Below, piece after piece: positions 28,916 to 32,000 of a DNA stretch of 32,000 nt; positions within the stretch are counted from its first letter, which is position 1; every line of letters starts with the position of its first letter. The notes below the pieces were generated by a model. It did not search any database. It was not told where the DNA came from and saw nothing but the letters and a program-made list of their open reading frames with translations. The stretch comes from Parasynechococcus marenigrum WH 8102 (lineage in GTDB: Bacteria > Cyanobacteriota > Cyanobacteriia > PCC-6307 > Cyanobiaceae), in NCBI RefSeq assembly GCF_000195975.1, contig NC_005070.1, forward strand, positions 720,001 to 752,000, in the 5' to 3' direction. The position numbers and the translations under genes were made by a program.

Positions 28916-29152
28916 GTGCCACTTCTTCAGGATCTGGTTCAGGAGCTGCAACAACGGCTTGAAGGGCAGGCTCCGGCACCCAGCAGCGCTGCCGTAGCTG
29001 ATGCCTCCAGTTCAGAGCGCATCAACGTCACTCTGCCTCGCGGTGTCATGGACGAACTCAAACGCCATGCCCTGGAGGAGGGCCGCAGTTGCGGCAATCT
29101 GGCCGCTTACCTGGTGGAGGAAGCTTTGCGCCGCCATCGCCCGCTGCACTAA
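28916..29152 (+). CDS. Ribbon-helix-helix (CopG/Arc/MetJ-like) DNA-binding protein
   Basis: 78-aa ORF with a GTG start. The C-terminal 45 aa fit a strand-helix-helix pattern (RINVTLP / GVMDELKRHALEEG / SCGNLAAYLVEEAL). Confidence 0.68.
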   Translation: MPLLQDLVQELQQRLEGQAPAPSSAAVADASSSERINVTLPRGVMDELKRHALEEGRSCGNLAAYLVEEALRRHRPLH

Positions 29153-30219
29153 TTGAGCAGTCGTTTGGAGATGGCTTCCACCGCTCCACTGCGCTGCAGC
29201 TTGAGGATGGAGATGTTCAACGGTGTCCTCAATGGATCGCCAGTTCTGAAGGCAAAGCCGTAAGTCTGCTCCGCCAGGGTGAATGGAGCCAGTTGCACCG
29301 CCAGTTCCGGGTTGTTCTTGAGGTGAAAGCGGATTGCCGGGCGATCGAAGATCACCGCTTCCGCTCTGTTCATCAACACATGGTCGATCGCTGCGGTGAG
29401 GGTCTTTGCTGGCACGATCCGCATGTTCCGCTGCCTCGCCAGTTCCGCTCCGCTCGTTCCCTCCAGCACGGCAGCCCTTTGGCCACTCAGCTGGGCTGGA
29501 TCCGTGATGCTGTTATTCGTGTCACCCGAGAGAAATAGAGTGAAGGCGGACGCCAGGCTGGCCGTCAAGGAAGACACCGCGATCAACGAGGTGACCATCC
29601 AGATCGCCGTGAGGCCTCGTCCGATCCGGGTGATGGGGGCCTTGTCGCCATAGCCCACAGTGGTCAACGTCACAAGGGCAAACCACATCCCACTGGCGAT
29701 TCCCGGCAGAGGCTGCGCTGGAAACTGTTCGCTGTTGCTCCGCCGCTCCGCCAGCCAGATCAGGCTGCCCACCACCAGCAGCACTGTGATCAGCACGAGG
29801 ACCGATGACAGCACGGCCCATCCCAGAAAAACCTGCAATCGATTCAGCAGGGTGGAGGGCTTAAGTGGCAACAGAATGCCTTCCTTGCCGATGAAATAGG
29901 GCTGGGTGAAATCGACCCCTGGAAGGTTGAGACGATCGGGTGTGACGCTGATCGGCCCCACCAGCAGATCAATCTCCCCGTCGTTCAGGGCAAGAATTCC
30001 CTTTTGGGGTGTTGCTTGTTGAATCAGCCGATAGGAGAGGTTGTTGTCTTCAGCAATCCTTCTCCACACCTGGAGGCTGATTCCGCTGCTGCCACCCTCC
30101 TCCTGGATCACAAAGGGGGCACTGCCGCTGACGCCCACCTTGAGCGTCCGTGCCATTAGCGGTGGAAGCAGAAACTGCAGGCCCAGCAGCAGGCCGACTG
30201 CAACGGCAGACCGCTTCAC
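29149..30219 (-). CDS. GluR0-type prokaryotic ionotropic glutamate-receptor-like K+ channel (periplasmic binding domain split by an M1-P-M2 pore)
   Basis: 356-aa ORF with a GTG start. It has a signal peptide, an SBP_bac_3-like lobe 1, a TM segment, the pore helix with K+ selectivity filter TLTTVGYGD, a second TM segment, and SBP lobe 2. Confidence 0.9.
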   Translation of the reverse strand: MKRSAVAVGLLLGLQFLLPPLMARTLKVGVSGSAPFVIQEEGGSSGISLQVWRRIAEDNNLSYRLIQQATPQKGILALNDGEIDLLVGPISVTPDRLNLPGVDFTQPYFIGKEGILLPLKPSTLLNRLQVFLGWAVLSSVLVLITVLLVVGSLIWLAERRSNSEQFPAQPLPGIASGMWFALVTLTTVGYGDKAPITRIGRGLTAIWMVTSLIAVSSLTASLASAFTLFLSGDTNNSITDPAQLSGQRAAVLEGTSGAELARQRNMRIVPAKTLTAAIDHVLMNRAEAVIFDRPAIRFHLKNNPELAVQLAPFTLAEQTYGFAFRTGDPLRTPLNISILKLQRSGAVEAISKRLLN

Positions 30220-30296
30220 CGCTGATCCAGGCGCTTCACGATGAAGGACATCGCGACCAGGGAACCAGCCAGAGCAATCAGGAGGGCAATGGTCAT
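30216..30296 (-). CDS. 26-aa hydrophobic micro-ORF translationally coupled to the channel gene (not in the ORF track)
   Basis: Hand translation: MTIALLIALAGSLVAMSFIVKRLDQR, then stop. Its TGA overlaps the GTG start of the channel (GTGA at 30216-30219). Its ATG lies 7 nt after the stop of the upstream 66-codon ORF. Confidence 0.35.
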   Translation of the reverse strand: MTIALLIALAGSLVAMSFIVKRLDQR

Positions 30297-30303
30297 TGGT
30301 GGC

Positions 30304-30504
30304 TCAAGTCGCAGCAGGGACCGCCAGATTGGCATCCATGGCCCCTAACAACCACTCAGCGACTTCCATTCTCAAGGCGTAGGCGCACTCGTAGCGCCCT
30401 TGCTGTTCGAGTGACGCAAGCCTGCGCTCAAGCCAGCGCAGGGTCTCGACCGGAAGCTGGTTTGGACGCATCGATCGCGCCACAATGCTGTGTCGAAGGG
30501 TCAT
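30304..30504 (-). CDS. Hypothetical 66-aa helical protein
   Basis: This is the terminal part of track ORF 30304..30963, taken from ATG 30504 (MTLRHSIVARS...). The longer form would be antisense to pdeM. No family recognised. Confidence 0.3.
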   Translation of the reverse strand: MTLRHSIVARSMRPNQLPVETLRWLERRLASLEQQGRYECAYALRMEVAEWLLGAMDANLAVPAAT

Positions 30505-30570
30505 CACAGTGATGCACGGACAGGCACCTGCGATGCAGTCAGGGCTACAAAACATCAATGTGTCCTGCCG

Positions 30571-31245
30571 ATGAAGGGGCAGGAGTGGGTCTGGAGACGT
30601 GAGTCCCTGCGGTTTCTTGGAGAGCGTGCCCTCTGGCGGGAGCACGGTCGCCAGTTGATGGTGGCGGATCTGCACCTGGGCAAGGCCGAGGTATTCCAGG
30701 CCCATGGCATCCCCTTGCCGACGGACGGCGACCGCGGAACGTTGAATCCGTTGCTCCAGCTCTGTCATGCCTGGGCCCCTGAACAGCTCATCGTTCTGGG
30801 TGATCTGATTCATGCCCGTGAGGGGCTGACGCCCGAGCTGCGAGAGACCTTGCGTTCGCTGCCGGATCTCTGCGGTTGTGAGGTGCTGCTGATCGGCGGC
30901 AACCACGACCGCCACTGCTGGATCGAAGGCTTGCCGCAGCTCCCCTCCCAGTGCGTCGGCCAACTTTGGTTAAGCCATGCTCCAGAAACTCCCCCCGCTG
31001 CGGATCTGCTCAACGTTTGCGGGCATCTGCATCCCATGACCCGCCTGCGCAGCCGGGCCGATCGGTTGCGTCTCCCCTGCTTTGCCTTTGATCCCGAAGG
31101 GCCCCGTCTGGTGATTCCTGCCTTTGGGCAGTTGACGGGAGGCCATGACTGCGGCGAGCGTTACCAGCAATGGCTAGTGGCCGACGGAGCCATCCTTCCT
31201 TGGTTCGAACCACTCCTCAACAACCAGGGGCGACGGTCCGCATGA
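30571..31245 (+). CDS. pdeM: Ligase-associated DNA-damage-response metallophosphoesterase PdeM-like
   Basis: I use ATG 30571 (MKGQEWVWR...). The motifs are VADLHLGK, VLGDLIH, IGGNHD and CGHLHP, and the size of about 224 aa is typical. Confidence 0.82.
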   Translation: MKGQEWVWRRESLRFLGERALWREHGRQLMVADLHLGKAEVFQAHGIPLPTDGDRGTLNPLLQLCHAWAPEQLIVLGDLIHAREGLTPELRETLRSLPDLCGCEVLLIGGNHDRHCWIEGLPQLPSQCVGQLWLSHAPETPPAADLLNVCGHLHPMTRLRSRADRLRLPCFAFDPEGPRLVIPAFGQLTGGHDCGERYQQWLVADGAILPWFEPLLNNQGRRSA

Positions 31246-32000
31246 AGGACCAGACCAAGGCCGGCCAGGGACGGAAACGGTTTCGTCTGCGCAAACGCTG
31301 GTTGGTCCTGGCCTCTCCTTTCCTGGTATTAGGTGGATTGATTGCCTTGGCCCCCGACGCGCCGCAGCAGGAGCAGGTTGCTGAGACATCGAGGATCGAG
31401 CAGGAGTCGCGCAGGGATGGTGAGCCGTTTCATTACATCCCCGACGATGAGGTGTATGCCCTGGATCTCGATCCAAGGCGTGTTCGCTTCGGCCTGCTGG
31501 AGGGGTGGGACCGGGAGCAGGATGCCTTTGAGGACATCGCAGCTCTGGCCTACGTGTCCGGGCCGATGTACGAGCGCCATGTCGACAACGGTGGACGCGA
31601 GATCACAGTCCCGCTGGGGGACCTGAAGTTCGGTTCACGAGTCTGGAAAGGGCGCAACCGCACGGCCTCACGCCAACGGGCTTTCATCGCCATCCGTCAC
31701 AGCGGCGGCGTTGATTTCAGTTACGGCGAGCTGACCGACGCCCACATCCGCACCTACGACACCTTCATCGGTGGCTTGCACAGCCTCTACAACGACCTCG
31801 AGGAACCCCCGGAGAGCTACAAGGGGGCTTACAGCATCAGCATGGGACAGCGGATCCGCTACTACCTGCCACGGATTCGCATGGTGATGGGACTGCGCGA
31901 GGACGGCTATCTGGAGGTGCTGATGAGCCGGGATGGGCTGACCCTCGAGCAGAGCAAGGACCTGGCCAGACGTCGCGGCTATCTGGCGGCTTACATGCCG
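31242..32000 (+). CDS. Membrane-anchored hypothetical protein (possibly phosphodiester-glycosidase/DUF2233-like), 3' end truncated by the window edge
   Basis: Hand-translated open frame from an ATG that overlaps the pdeM stop (ATGA at 31242-31245) to the window end: MKDQTKAGQGRKRFRLRKRWLVLASPFLVLGGLIAL... It has one N-terminal TM segment. It is absent from the track because there is no stop inside the window. Confidence 0.72.
   Translation, partial: MKDQTKAGQGRKRFRLRKRWLVLASPFLVLGGLIALAPDAPQQEQVAETSRIEQESRRDGEPFHYIPDDEVYALDLDPRRVRFGLLEGWDREQDAFEDIAALAYVSGPMYERHVDNGGREITVPLGDLKFGSRVWKGRNRTASRQRAFIAIRHSGGVDFSYGELTDAHIRTYDTFIGGLHSLYNDLEEPPESYKGAYSISMGQRIRYYLPRIRMVMGLREDGYLEVLMSRDGLTLEQSKDLARRRGYLAAYMP

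Noticed and set aside
30505-30963. Upstream extension of ORF 30304..30963 (219 aa)
   Set aside because: The extension is antisense to the PdeM-like gene, whose metallophosphoesterase motifs are clear. Only the terminal 66 codons, from ATG 30504, were kept as a low-confidence CDS.

Overview
High-GC cyanobacterial chromosome segment. The gene content (petH with a CpcD-like N-terminus, sasA, zwf-opcA, crtE, folD, pepN, tRNA-Glu-UUC) looks like a marine Synechococcus-type picocyanobacterium; this is inferred from gene content and composition only. Most of the window is tightly packed housekeeping genes, and many adjacent genes have overlapping stop and start codons (TGATG, ATGA, GTGA). I saw no CRISPR array, transposase, integrase, rRNA or recognisable defence-system hallmark. 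Several parts look accessory or unusual. (1) An AT-rich islet at about 20.9-22.3 kb encodes a cyclophilin fused to an Ig-like segment and a possible cupredoxin-like module. (2) A 2.7-kb gene is made of two diverged tandem copies of a phytase-like (PF13449-type) module, with a nested inverted repeat in its leader. (3) A compact cluster at 27.3-30.5 kb contains a PPC(DUF296)-glutaredoxin fusion, a Trp-rich small membrane protein and a WbuC-type cupin, all translationally coupled. Opposite it, across a TATAGT-containing palindrome, lies a lone ribbon-helix-helix gene. Next comes a GluR0-type ligand-gated K+ channel preceded by a GTGA-coupled 26-codon hydrophobic micro-ORF. (4) A pdeM-type phosphoesterase has no visible ligase or helicase partner. 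(5) A second small AT-rich islet lies at about 6.9-7.3 kb. (6) In a histidine-phosphatase gene the catalytic RHG motif lies upstream of any canonical start codon. All functional calls come from motif recognition by eye on the supplied translations or my own hand translations. No database search was run.
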